Part shown: positions 1-10,428 of the stretch, in pieces
How positions within the stretch are numbered: position 1 is the stretch's first letter
Layout of the letters: every line of letters starts with the position of its first letter
Assembly (NCBI GenBank): GCA_963675495.1
Contig: OY776215.1
Span: 1,536,001-1,600,000, forward strand
DNA: 64,000 bases
Direction: 5' to 3'
Origin: an uncultured Methanolobus sp.
Lineage (GTDB): Archaea; Halobacteriota; Methanosarcinia; Methanosarcinales; Methanosarcinaceae
The notes under the pieces: generated by a model
What the model was told of the DNA's origin: nothing
Database searches by the model: none
Seen by the model: the letters and a program-made list of their open reading frames with translations, nothing else
Translations under genes and position numbers: made by a program

Positions 1-627
1 CCTGACACGTCCCAGTATATCCTCTTCGTGAGCAATACCCAGGACATCATCTGTTGTCACCGCTGACCTTTCTTCAAGTTTGCGATAAACACTGCGGTCC
101 TTCCTTCGCGTTTCAACCTTCTCTGCTTTGCGCAGCTCAACAATGAGCTCCTGGAGTGTGACCGGACGTGTGGCCCTGCGACGAATAGGCAGTTTTGGAA
201 CCGGATATTCATCAACCTCATAGAAATCCAGCTCATCATCCATCATCTCGAAGCAGTCATCTTCCTCATCCTCCTGAACGATCCCGGTGGATTTCATACG
301 CAAAAGGATCGACGCGTAAAGAAGAGTCCTGCCAGAGATTCGAAGATCCATCATCTGCATCACTTCGATACGCTCAAGGAACATGTCAGTAACAGTGACA
401 AGGTCGATATCCCACGGATTTATGGCACCATCCTTTGCGAGATTCATGAGAATCTCAACAGGTTCGCTGAGTACATCTTCCGAGAAATCAAGCAGAGAGT
501 CATCAACACCAAGTCCCCTTAAAGTCTCGATGAACGCCGGATCAATAGTGCATGGTAACGAAACACCAGAAATCGGGACAATTTCGGCTGCCTGGACCAT
601 CTCCATGTCTTCTGCTATTTCGTTCAA
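1..627 (-). CDS. scpA: Segregation and condensation protein A (kleisin), 5' part; runs off the window edge
   Basis: Not in the ORF track. Manual translation from TTG at 627, overlapping the smc stop, gives EPVEILMNLAKDGAINPWDIDLVTVTDMFLERIE...DLRISGRTLLYASILLRMKS, the typical ScpA N-terminus. Confidence 0.9.
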   Translation of the reverse strand, partial: MNEIAEDMEMVQAAEIVPISGVSLPCTIDPAFIETLRGLGVDDSLLDFSEDVLSEPVEILMNLAKDGAINPWDIDLVTVTDMFLERIEVMQMMDLRISGRTLLYASILLRMKSTGIVQEDEEDDCFEMMDDELDFYEVDEYPVPKLPIRRRATRPVTLQELIVELRKAEKVETRRKDRSVYRKLEERSAVTTDDVLGIAHEEDILGRVR

Positions 628-3600
628 CGTAATTTCACACCCGTAATACTTGTAATGTTATTTTCCTGCATTGCAACTCCAATAGTCCGCTCAGCAGCCT
701 CTATCATTGGTTTCCTGAGAGAGACAACAATAAATTGTGCATTGGCAACTGCTGTTTTAACTCGTTGTGCAACCTTTCCTGCATTGGCTCCGTCAAGGAA
801 CATATCAATTTCGTCGAATGCATAGAACGGGGCCGGCCTGTACTGCTGAATAGCGAATACAAAGGACAGGGCGGTAAGACTCTTTTCTCCACCGGACATG
901 GCTTCCAGACGCTGCAGGGTCTTTTCCTTTGGTTGTGCTTTAAGTGTCATGCCACCTGAAAACGGATCTTCATAATTATCGAGAACCAGCTCACCGATAC
1001 CATCGGAAAGCTCATGGAATATTTCCTTGAAAGGCGCATTAATACCTTCATAGGTTTCCATGAAAGTATCTTTTTTAAGCTGCTCATATTGCTTTATACG
1101 TTCAAGTATCTGTTCCCTTTCTGAGGACAGGGTGTCACGCCTTGTGACAAGGTCATCGAGTCTTGCCTCAACCTCATCATATTCATCTATTGCACGCATA
1201 TTAACAGGCTCAAGACGTTCCATTGCTTTCTCAATAGAACCTATCCTTGTACGCACGGTTTCATAATTAGGAACTTCCTCTGTTTCCTCAATGCCACGTC
1301 TCTGGATCTCTTCCGCAAGTTCGACAACCTGTTCCTCAAGTGCATCCTTTGTGGCTTTCAGAGCCATCATATTCCGGTTTCCTTCATCAAATCTGAGCTT
1401 TATCTTCTCAAATTCCCTTTTCACAGAAGTATGTGCCTCATGTAGCTGAGCACGTTCCTGCTGCAGTTCCTTTAACTCCTCAGCAAGTTCAGTTTCACGC
1501 TTCTGTTTTTCCAGTAGAGAAGTCTCAAGTTCAGTGATCTTGCTTCTAAGGTCGGCCACACGTTGTTTGTGTGTAGCTTTCTTCTCGTCCATTGACTTGA
1601 TAAGTTCCCTGTTCTCCTCTATCTTTGAAGATGCATAATCATGGTCAAGATTCAGGGCATTCAAAGTGGAATCAATGTCACGAACACGACCATCCAGGCG
1701 CCTGATCTCTCCATCAAGCTGTTCTGCCTGCCTGTTAAGTTCAGGAACTTCAGAACCTGCAAGTTTCTCATCCAGCACCTCGATGTCCGCCTCTAAAGAC
1801 AGGACGAGTTCTTCCTTTTCCTGCTTCAGGGTAACAGTTCGCTCCATTTCATCCCTGAGCTCCTTGCGTGACTCTTCTATCTCGGCAAGTTCCTGAGCCT
1901 TTGCTTCAATGAGCTGGGAAAGACGTTCACTCCTTCCTGAGATCTCTTCAAGTTGCATCTGCTTCTTGGATATCTCCTTGTCATGTTCATGTATCTCTTG
2001 ATTGACCTGAGATATATGCCCTTCCACCTGATCCAGTTTCTTGATGGCATTGCTGCGTCTTGAATCATATTCAGTGATTTTCTCAGCGATCTTCACTAGC
2101 TTATCTTTTTCAGAAGCAGCGAATGAAAGACCGGATTTCTGCTGCTGGGAACCGCCCACCATCGCACCGCTCTTTTCGATGACCTCGCCCTCAAGAGTTA
2201 CCATCCGCAGGCCACCCATGAGCCGACGGGCATTTGTCAGCGTGTCCACGATGAGAGTGTCCCTGAAAACATACCAGAAAGCAGCTTCGAATTTATGATC
2301 GAAATCTATAAGGTCGATTGCATAACCTACCACACCTTCCCTGTCGGAAAGATTCTTGTAAGGCCTGCGTGACTCCATTTTATTCAATGGAAGGAATGTA
2401 GCCCTGCCACCTCTTCTTTGCTTAAGGAAAGATATCGCACGTGAAGCATCCTCATCGTTTTCGACAACAACTGCCTGCATGCGCCCACCAGCAGCAATAC
2501 CCAGAGCATTGGAATATTTCTGATCGACACTGCCAAGTTCCGCTATGGTACCATATATACCAGGCAATCCATGGTGTTTCTTCTCATTCATCACCATGTC
2601 TACTGCTTTGGAATACCTGCTGTGGTCCTCTGCTGCGCGTACACGGACCTCTATTCTGGCATAATCATTTTCATATTTGCGAAGTTCATCTTCAATTTCC
2701 TTGACGATGACCTTTAACTGGGAACGGTTGAGTTCAAGGTCATCAATATCCTTTGTCAGGACATCGATCTTCTCATTGAGCTTCTCTATATCGTATCCAA
2801 CGGAAAGTGTATCACTTCCAGAGGATTCTGATTTGGATTTCGCATCTGCGATCTCACTTTCGATATCCCGGACTTCCGCAGATTTTCTTCTCAGCGAGTC
2901 AAGTAAGCGGTCTTCCTGCCGCATCAGCTCATTTTTGTCGTTCTTAACGGTCTCAAGTTTGGACTTAAGAGTACTGAGTTCATCCCTTGTCTGGGCAAAT
3001 TTTGAATCGACATCTGCGATCTTGCTCTGGAGGATCATGCGCTCGGTCTTGCGCTCGGACATCTCGGACAGGATGCTTTCTTTTCTCATGGACTCTTCTG
3101 AGATATTAGAGTCCAGCTCTTCAAGCTTACCTTTTATCTCATCAATTTCAACAAAGGTTTTCCTGCGTCTGGATTCGACATCTTCCATTTCCTTTTCAGA
3201 AAGCTCAATGGTGTCAACACACCTTGAAACTTCACCCCTGATGCCCTCTATATCCTTTTTTATCTGGATCTGCTCATCTTCACCCATTCTCTGGATGCTC
3301 AGGGTCATTTCCTCAAGATCCTGCTCAAGCTTTTCAACATTGAACTTTTTCGCATCAAGATCCATTTCCAGTTTACCAAGAACCTCATCCTTGGCCTGGA
3401 TGTCATCAGCAACAGATAATAGCTCTACCTTAGCATCCTTTAGCTTTGCAAGCAGAACAAAGCCTTCGAATTTCATTTTCTCTTCCTTGAGAGACTGATA
3501 CTTCAGGGCCTGATCACGCTCGGTCTTGAGCTTTTCAAGCTGCTGGCCGACCTCTTCAATGATTATATCGACTCTTTCTACCCTCTCGCGGACGATCTCA

Positions 3601-4148
3601 AGCTCACTAAGTGCCCTGTCCCTTTTACTGTCAAACTCAGCAACGCCAGCGATCTCATCGATGATCTTTCGTCTTTCGGTAGGAGTCATGTTGATGATAC
3701 GCGTAACATCACCCTGCATCACAACATTGTAACCTTCAGGAGTAACACGGGCTTTTGCAAGATAATTGTGCACTTCCGTAAGACTAGCTGCCTTGCCATC
3801 GAAATAGAAATAACTGTAATAGCCGGAATCAGTTTCCCGTATCTTTCTTGTAATAGTAATCTCATCGGCATCATATGGCATTTCACGATCAGTATTATCA
3901 AAGCGTATCGTCACCTGTGCAAAATCAGGCTTTTTAGAACCTTCGCCGTTATAGATAAGATCAGTAAGTTTTTCAGCCCTCATGGTCCTGGAACTTGATA
4001 AGCCCAGCACAAAGAGGATACCATCTATGATATTAGATTTGCCACTGCCATTTGGACCGGAAATGGTGGTGAAACCATCAAAAAAAGGTATTTTTACCTT
4101 TTTCCCGAAGGATTTGAAGTTTATAAACTCAAGTTCCTTGATATGCAC
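624..4148 (-). CDS. smc: Chromosome segregation protein SMC
   Basis: 1174 aa; FKSF, Walker A GPNGSGKSN, long coiled coils, hinge (GRATFLPL, GAMVGG), signature MSGGEKS, Walker B FDEID. Confidence 0.98.
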   Translation of the reverse strand: MHIKELEFINFKSFGKKVKIPFFDGFTTISGPNGSGKSNIIDGILFVLGLSSSRTMRAEKLTDLIYNGEGSKKPDFAQVTIRFDNTDREMPYDADEITITRKIRETDSGYYSYFYFDGKAASLTEVHNYLAKARVTPEGYNVVMQGDVTRIINMTPTERRKIIDEIAGVAEFDSKRDRALSELEIVRERVERVDIIIEEVGQQLEKLKTERDQALKYQSLKEEKMKFEGFVLLAKLKDAKVELLSVADDIQAKDEVLGKLEMDLDAKKFNVEKLEQDLEEMTLSIQRMGEDEQIQIKKDIEGIRGEVSRCVDTIELSEKEMEDVESRRRKTFVEIDEIKGKLEELDSNISEESMRKESILSEMSERKTERMILQSKIADVDSKFAQTRDELSTLKSKLETVKNDKNELMRQEDRLLDSLRRKSAEVRDIESEIADAKSKSESSGSDTLSVGYDIEKLNEKIDVLTKDIDDLELNRSQLKVIVKEIEDELRKYENDYARIEVRVRAAEDHSRYSKAVDMVMNEKKHHGLPGIYGTIAELGSVDQKYSNALGIAAGGRMQAVVVENDEDASRAISFLKQRRGGRATFLPLNKMESRRPYKNLSDREGVVGYAIDLIDFDHKFEAAFWYVFRDTLIVDTLTNARRLMGGLRMVTLEGEVIEKSGAMVGGSQQQKSGLSFAASEKDKLVKIAEKITEYDSRRSNAIKKLDQVEGHISQVNQEIHEHDKEISKKQMQLEEISGRSERLSQLIEAKAQELAEIEESRKELRDEMERTVTLKQEKEELVLSLEADIEVLDEKLAGSEVPELNRQAEQLDGEIRRLDGRVRDIDSTLNALNLDHDYASSKIEENRELIKSMDEKKATHKQRVADLRSKITELETSLLEKQKRETELAEELKELQQERAQLHEAHTSVKREFEKIKLRFDEGNRNMMALKATKDALEEQVVELAEEIQRRGIEETEEVPNYETVRTRIGSIEKAMERLEPVNMRAIDEYDEVEARLDDLVTRRDTLSSEREQILERIKQYEQLKKDTFMETYEGINAPFKEIFHELSDGIGELVLDNYEDPFSGGMTLKAQPKEKTLQRLEAMSGGEKSLTALSFVFAIQQYRPAPFYAFDEIDMFLDGANAGKVAQRVKTAVANAQFIVVSLRKPMIEAAERTIGVAMQENNITSITGVKLR

Positions 4149-4175
4149 GCGATTCCTCTGTTTTTATAAAAAAGA

Positions 4176-4991
4176 CTATTTTCTTCGTGTGACGATTACC
4201 ACAGCATCTTCATCTTCGCGCGCCTCAATTGTCTCATATTTTGAAGATTCCTCCCCTTCTTCCTCGCATGCGGATTCGCCTTCTTCTGCAACAATATATT
4301 TGCATGAAGCCATATCCTGGCGTGAGTTCTTGTCGAGACGGACTTGGCGTTCATCATCGGTTTCTGCGATAATGTATTCAGACCGGTATTCAGGTTCAGG
4401 CATTTCAGGTCGTTTTACAGAAGGAACTTCCCTTACATTGAAACGCATGTTTGGAGATGAGGATGGCTGGACAGTTCCCGAAGAAGATTCCGACTCAGCA
4501 GACCTTATGGAAACCTTTGAATTGAATGGTTTTGCTGAAGGTGATGTTTCAGTTGGAGCTGAGGCGACAGAAGAGGGGATTGCTGAAGCGGAAGATACAG
4601 ATTGTGGTTGTGACTGAGCCACTGAAGGTGCTACCGGCTTAGGTTCCGGCCTATATACCTTTGGACTTGATGCTTCCTTTACAGGCTCAACCGGAGATTT
4701 TTGCTCTACTTTATTTTCACGAGGAACGGGTTGTTCTTTCATGGAACGTATCATTGATTTTTGGTCAAGGAGTTCATCCATGACACCATTAAGATTACTG
4801 CTCAGAGCCTGAACCTTACGTTCAAGTTGCGCAATTCGGTTGTTGAAATCAAGATCGTTCTTAAGATCACTTCTAATCTCCCGGAGTATAGAATCACGGA
4901 TATTGTTTTTGATTTCATCTAGTTCTGTTTCTTTTTCCTTGAGCTGCCGCTCAAGGCGTTCAATCACAAAATCCCTGTTTTCAGTATTCAT
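4176..4991 (-). CDS. Hypothetical protein upstream of smc (N-terminal coiled coil, Pro/Ser-rich linker, acidic C-terminus)
   Basis: Long ORF co-oriented with smc and ending 27 bp before it; ATG at 4991 is the likely start (ORF track extends to 5039). Confidence 0.8.
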   Translation of the reverse strand: MNTENRDFVIERLERQLKEKETELDEIKNNIRDSILREIRSDLKNDLDFNNRIAQLERKVQALSSNLNGVMDELLDQKSMIRSMKEQPVPRENKVEQKSPVEPVKEASSPKVYRPEPKPVAPSVAQSQPQSVSSASAIPSSVASAPTETSPSAKPFNSKVSIRSAESESSSGTVQPSSSPNMRFNVREVPSVKRPEMPEPEYRSEYIIAETDDERQVRLDKNSRQDMASCKYIVAEEGESACEEEGEESSKYETIEAREDEDAVVIVTRRK

Positions 4992-5128
4992 GAAAAGCCT
5001 CGCAAATCCATTCAGTCCCTCATCGCAGTTATGCGACAATAATATGTTAATATATGAATAAAAGTATAATATACCTTATGGTCGCCAGATGTATTTATTT
5101 CAAGTATTAAATAATTATTTACTTTAAC

Positions 5129-7789
5129 TTATCTGGCATATATAGCAGAATTATTTGTCACAGGGTCTTTTTCAACCGCAAATACATGATCAGCCGAATC
5201 AATCAGAGACTCATCATGAGAAACTATGAGAATTTGTGCCACACCTATATCCCGCATCATGTCTATGAGTTTTATTAGCTGGTGAACATGGCCCCTGTCA
5301 AGGAACACTGTGGGCTCGTCCATGATAAGAGGCGGAAGCCCGGCACCATCATGGGATGACGTACCAAGTGAGAGCAGGCGATATATTGCACAGCGAAGTA
5401 CAAGATTGAATAAAGCACGTTCTCCGCCACTCAGAAGCTTGGGTTCAAGAGCTGTGCCATCTTTTTCAAACACAGTGAGATTGTAATCTGCGTCCAGCAT
5501 TACATGAGAGTAAGCATTATTGGAATACATGAACGAGAATATTTCATTTATCAACCTGTCAAGTGTCTGTATATTGCTGGAACGCAGTTGCGCACGTATT
5601 CGCATGTACATGCTCTCAAGATTCTCGGCATCTGAATAAACAGCATTCAGATAAGCAGCCCGGTTCTTCAGCATATCCAGATTCCCCCTAAGGTCTGAAA
5701 GTCGGCTCCTGTCACTTTCAGCCATTCCTGCCTTCTTCATAACCTCGTCCTTTTCAAGCTTCAACTTATCAATTTTCAAGTTTATATTACCAAAGGCAAG
5801 ACCATAGTCTCTGCTAAGAGAATCAAGTTCCTTTTTATTGAATTTTCCCATCTTCTCATCGATGTCTTTCAGGGAGTCTTTCTTTTCCCCCATCTGGCCT
5901 TCAAAAAGTGATATCATTTCCTGGATACTTTTTATTTTCTCATCCAACTGCTTTATTTCAGCATTAATCTTCTCAAACTCCCCCAGTATTTTCTGCATTT
6001 CCCGGGCAAGACCAAGACGTTCCAGGGACTTTGAATGCTCTTTTAAGGCTACTTCTTCTTCCTGCCTCAATCCCGCGACCTTTGTTTTTGTTACATCAAG
6101 GGTCTTTTCCAGTTCTCCCTTCATGGACAGTAACTCTTTTATTTTCAGTTCATCTTCCTTGAGGTTCAGATTATACTCTTCAATTCTCTTGTTGTCCCTG
6201 TCAATAGCCTCTTTCGCAGACTCGATGTTCCTGAGAACAACATCAATGTCAGATTTACAAGCACGAGCTGATTTTACCTTATCCACTCTTGCTTCAGCTT
6301 CTGCCTGTTTGACCTTAAGTTCGGATAATTCGGTTTCTAATTTTGTTATTGTTTCATTATCTGAAACTGTGGATTCCTCCACACATGAACCTTTGAGTTC
6401 CTGCCCACATGTTGGACACTTTCCAGCTGCCAGAAGTTGTTTTGATTTTTCGATCCTGCTTTTGAGTTCAGATATCTTCACCTTAAGTTCAGATTCCTTG
6501 CCATGGAACCTTTTTTGCTGGTCATTTACAAGGTCAAGAACCTCGTCGATATTTTCAAGTTTTTCAAGACTGAAACCCAGAGAAACTATTTTGGACAAAA
6601 TATTCTTGTGTTTATCCTCAAGTCCTGCAATGCTAACTTTGTGTTTCTCGATCCCAGAATAAACGTCCTTTATTTTGGATTCAACATCTTTTGCCGCATC
6701 CTCAATGGACTTTATCTGTTTTTCCAAATCTTTCGCAGACTGAGCAATGCTAAGGAGATCTTTTTCTGAAACTGCTTTTTTGCTTTTCAGTTCACTCAAA
6801 GCGTCCCTTAAAGAACGTTCACCTTCATCCATCTGAGCAATCAGGGATTCGATATTTTTTGAGTCAGCCTTCAACTGAGACTCAATTTCGGAAACTCTGT
6901 ACTGCCTGGATTCAAGAAGTTCCTTATGGGAACGAATGTCCTTTGAAAACGAATCAATGGATTGGAATGATCTTGATTTTCTGTCCATGAGCTCCTTTAT
7001 CTGTTGCTCGACAGAATCCTTCCTGCCAGAGAGTTCACTCAGCTCAGATAGTTTTTTCGTGACCTCATCTATCAGGGAACGTGTACGGTCCCTCTTTTCA
7101 TTGAACGAAACCATTTCAGAATCAATTTGTACGGACCTTGTCTTCAAAGCTGCCAGCCTGCCGCTTGGATCAGTGTCCTCAATGAGTTTGATTTCCGTGC
7201 CAAGCTCTTTGATACGTCTTTCATTATCACGTTGATGTCGCCCAACTCCGACCCTGGCACTTGAAGCTCGCTCCCGGTACTCTTCCAGTTTGCCTAGTTG
7301 CAGGAGATCATCTATCATTTTCTGGCGGTCCCTGGGTTTAGAGTTGATCAGGACATCGATTTCACCCTGACGTATGTAAACACAATTCCTGTAAGCTTCC
7401 TCATCCATATTCAGAAGAGATGTCACTGCTTCATAGGTCCGCGTTGCCTGGTCAAATATGATCTCCTCATCCTTCCTGAAAATAGATTTGGTATTGGAAG
7501 CACGTCCTTTTTCCGGGTCGTTCCTGAAAGACTGCTCTATAGAATAGTTATGCCCTCCCTGTTCGAACTCAAGTAATATTGATGCCTTTGAAGCACCCTT
7601 GGTGATAATATCGGAAAGCACGAAGTCCTTATCCAGTGTTTTGCTTCCAAAAAGTCCTGTAAAACATGCCTCCAGAAGACTGGATTTACCACTTCCGTTA
7701 ACACCTGAGACCACCGTAACACCATTCTTGAACGAAAGGTCCAGTTCCTTATAGCTCCTGATATTCTCAACTTTTAATCGTTTTAACAT
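5129..7789 (-). CDS. rad50: DNA double-strand break repair ATPase Rad50
   Basis: Walker A GVNGSGKSS, Q-loop YIRQGE, zinc hook CPTCG, signature LSGGE, Walker B MDEP, H-loop SHD; ATG overlaps the mre11 stop (TGATG). Confidence 0.96.
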   Translation of the reverse strand: MLKRLKVENIRSYKELDLSFKNGVTVVSGVNGSGKSSLLEACFTGLFGSKTLDKDFVLSDIITKGASKASILLEFEQGGHNYSIEQSFRNDPEKGRASNTKSIFRKDEEIIFDQATRTYEAVTSLLNMDEEAYRNCVYIRQGEIDVLINSKPRDRQKMIDDLLQLGKLEEYRERASSARVGVGRHQRDNERRIKELGTEIKLIEDTDPSGRLAALKTRSVQIDSEMVSFNEKRDRTRSLIDEVTKKLSELSELSGRKDSVEQQIKELMDRKSRSFQSIDSFSKDIRSHKELLESRQYRVSEIESQLKADSKNIESLIAQMDEGERSLRDALSELKSKKAVSEKDLLSIAQSAKDLEKQIKSIEDAAKDVESKIKDVYSGIEKHKVSIAGLEDKHKNILSKIVSLGFSLEKLENIDEVLDLVNDQQKRFHGKESELKVKISELKSRIEKSKQLLAAGKCPTCGQELKGSCVEESTVSDNETITKLETELSELKVKQAEAEARVDKVKSARACKSDIDVVLRNIESAKEAIDRDNKRIEEYNLNLKEDELKIKELLSMKGELEKTLDVTKTKVAGLRQEEEVALKEHSKSLERLGLAREMQKILGEFEKINAEIKQLDEKIKSIQEMISLFEGQMGEKKDSLKDIDEKMGKFNKKELDSLSRDYGLAFGNINLKIDKLKLEKDEVMKKAGMAESDRSRLSDLRGNLDMLKNRAAYLNAVYSDAENLESMYMRIRAQLRSSNIQTLDRLINEIFSFMYSNNAYSHVMLDADYNLTVFEKDGTALEPKLLSGGERALFNLVLRCAIYRLLSLGTSSHDGAGLPPLIMDEPTVFLDRGHVHQLIKLIDMMRDIGVAQILIVSHDESLIDSADHVFAVEKDPVTNNSAIYAR

Positions 7790-9300
7790 CAAAGGTAATC
7801 ACCCAGATTGTACTGGCGGGGTTTTACAGTTTCAGGCTCTGTTTTTTTAGCTTCAGCCTGCTTTTTATTACTATGCTGGGCATCACCCACTAATGCTGAA
7901 TCCTCAGAAACGAGCATTTTTTCAGTAGCTCCTGTTTCCTCTGATTTTTTAACAGGTACTATATCGTTAGAATTATCAGAAACAGGCAGATATGCTTTTT
8001 CAGATACTTCGGACTTCTGAACCACATCTAATAAAGCATCATCCGATGTTTCCTTTTCGGATTCGGCCACTGTTTCACCTACATGACCATGTTCAGTCAT
8101 CACAGAGTCGATTGCCACCATCGTCACATCATCAGAAAGAACATCGGAAGCGTTAACGGGAACAGGTTTCGTAAAATCTATTTTTTCAAGTAACTGCCCT
8201 AATTTAGACTCGGCCTCATCACCAACTTTTGTCTTCACTATAAGTGGGTCCCTTATTATATCATCAAGTAATAGACCGCCGGACGTAAGGTCCATTTTCT
8301 TGATCTCCTCTTTGACAACATCATCAGGGTCTGAGAAAGAGACTTTCAAAGAGGAATCTTCCAGTGTATCAACTCCACTGCGAAGATCTTTTATTCCCGG
8401 AACCAGTGCACCTCTTGACAGGAGGAACTTCTCTATTTCACTGAAGTCCAGCTTTACCCTGACATCACCTGATATTTCCACGAAGGCAACTTTTTCTTCA
8501 ATGTTATGTTCCATTACTGCGGAAAATACATCCTCGTGAGCATTCGAATCTTCCGTGAGCTTGACAGGTATGAAAACGAATTCACGCGTCTTAATTGCGC
8601 GTTTACTTATCTCGATACCAGATTCCCCGATAGTTACTATATTGTAGGAGCGTGGTTCGCGTTCTGAGGTACTGTTCCTCTCGGTACTGCCACAGTAGGT
8701 GACCCATGCCTCATTGACTGTCGTTATTTCTTGCTTGTGGTTATCTCCAAGAAGTACTGCATGCACATCAAAAGGAATAGAGTCAATTACTTCTTTTATA
8801 TCCCAGTCACCAAAGGCGAAGGGTTTTACGAGCTGGTGCATTACAAACAGGTTATACTTTGCTTCGGTTGCTTTGTCATCGAATATGGAAAAATCGAACA
8901 AAGGTATCTTTGTCTTTGGAACACTGTCGATACCGTATAAGGCAATCTCACCCAGCCTGTAAGGCTCTGTGCCAAGACGAATTACAAGACCAAGACTGCT
9001 GTAAAGGTCAAGCCACTGAGTACTCTGTTTGCTCTCATGATTACCAACGATCGCAAGCAATGGGATTCCTGCACTTTTCAGTTTTGAGAACAGACCCATG
9101 GCATCAAGAATATCATCAAGCGTGGGATTCCTGGAATCGAACAGGTCACCTGCATGCACTACAGCGTCCACGCCCATACTAATAGCATCATCCACCACAT
9201 TGGAAAAAGCATTGAAAAAATCCTGCCGGCGCACATCACTGTGATACTGCCGGTATCCAAGATGTGTGTCCCCTGTGTGGACTATCCTTACCTCATTCAT
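7789..9300 (-). CDS. mre11: DNA double-strand break repair nuclease Mre11
   Basis: Phosphoesterase motifs DTHLG, GDLFD, GNHE, MHQ, LGDNH, YCGS; directly upstream of rad50; long acidic C-terminal tail. Confidence 0.95.
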   Translation of the reverse strand: MNEVRIVHTGDTHLGYRQYHSDVRRQDFFNAFSNVVDDAISMGVDAVVHAGDLFDSRNPTLDDILDAMGLFSKLKSAGIPLLAIVGNHESKQSTQWLDLYSSLGLVIRLGTEPYRLGEIALYGIDSVPKTKIPLFDFSIFDDKATEAKYNLFVMHQLVKPFAFGDWDIKEVIDSIPFDVHAVLLGDNHKQEITTVNEAWVTYCGSTERNSTSEREPRSYNIVTIGESGIEISKRAIKTREFVFIPVKLTEDSNAHEDVFSAVMEHNIEEKVAFVEISGDVRVKLDFSEIEKFLLSRGALVPGIKDLRSGVDTLEDSSLKVSFSDPDDVVKEEIKKMDLTSGGLLLDDIIRDPLIVKTKVGDEAESKLGQLLEKIDFTKPVPVNASDVLSDDVTMVAIDSVMTEHGHVGETVAESEKETSDDALLDVVQKSEVSEKAYLPVSDNSNDIVPVKKSEETGATEKMLVSEDSALVGDAQHSNKKQAEAKKTEPETVKPRQYNLGDYL

Positions 9301-9474
9301 CAGGGATTATGATATGTATTTGCTGTTTTTAATTGTTTGGGGTATAAAGGCCAAAACAACAAAAGTAATACTGCACCATATGACACTATAAACGCAGTCC
9401 CCACAATAGAATAATTATATACTGAAAATATTAACAAATATTATTTTATAATATCAAACTCATATATCATTTAA

Positions 9475-10428
9475 ATGGGCGACGAAAATGGACAAGTTGC
9501 AATAGACTTCCTACTCGGGATATCATTGGTCCTCTTTGCTATCAGTTTCACCATACAGTTCATTCCAGGTCTGTTCATGTCGGAATCAGCAGGAGAGAGT
9601 AGTTTAGACTACACAGCTTACCGCACCGCCACAATCCTTGTGGAAGATACAGGCTGGTGGGAGAACAGCACAAATAACGGAACGAACTGGGAATCAAACC
9701 CAGACAGTATACTGCGAATTGGGCTGGCTGCAGACGATGACTCAAGTTCAAAGCTCACTAACAGTCCCAATCTCATATCAAAGGACAAGATAGAACAATT
9801 CATGCTCGTAAATGAAAGTGATCTTGTAGATATGTTAGGAATGTATAAAAATGTCGAAGACACTCATTTTTCATATGGATACAATATATATGTTACGCAA
9901 AATGGTGCAAATCTTATTCTGAACAACACGACCATTGCCCGGGGAAAAGCATTACCTGATAATCTGGAAGTTGCAAGGATCACACGTGTCGTCCTTGTAG
10001 AAAAAGAAACCGTAGCTGCCATTTCCGGGGATGAACTGACAAGTGAATCATCCTCCGTGGGAACAATTAACGTGACAGGACCTTTTGAAGAGAATATAAC
10101 TTTGCAGATAAGTGACCTCAACTTAAGCGGCATAAACTCTTCGCTGATGAGCGTAAAACTTGATGGAAATCCCTTAAATCAACCATCTGACTTCACTGTT
10201 TACAAGAAGGACGGATGGACAAAATCCCCACTTGCCGGAAACTTTAGCAGTGGAGATGTCATCTACCTGAACTTTGACCATGACCTTTTTAACGCAAGTA
10301 TTGATTACAGACTTGATCTGGAATTTAGCAATGTAACATTCTCAAATCCCGGACCACCTTTTACCAACTACAATAATTTGAGCACTGCCCTTTACGAACC
10401 TGCATACCTTACGGTGGAGGTGTGGTAA
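9475..10428 (+). CDS. Type IV pilin-like protein A1 (class III signal peptide)
   Basis: MGDENG|QVAIDFLLGISLVLFAISF: short charged leader, G|Q site, hydrophobic helix; many N-x-S/T sequons. Confidence 0.8.
   Translation: MGDENGQVAIDFLLGISLVLFAISFTIQFIPGLFMSESAGESSLDYTAYRTATILVEDTGWWENSTNNGTNWESNPDSILRIGLAADDDSSSKLTNSPNLISKDKIEQFMLVNESDLVDMLGMYKNVEDTHFSYGYNIYVTQNGANLILNNTTIARGKALPDNLEVARITRVVLVEKETVAAISGDELTSESSSVGTINVTGPFEENITLQISDLNLSGINSSLMSVKLDGNPLNQPSDFTVYKKDGWTKSPLAGNFSSGDVIYLNFDHDLFNASIDYRLDLEFSNVTFSNPGPPFTNYNNLSTALYEPAYLTVEVW

Noticed and set aside
2677-6662. Long plus-strand Ser-rich ORFs (2677-3498, 3982-4617, 5838-6662)
   Set aside because: Antisense shadows of the E/K-rich coiled-coil genes smc, the hypothetical gene and rad50.
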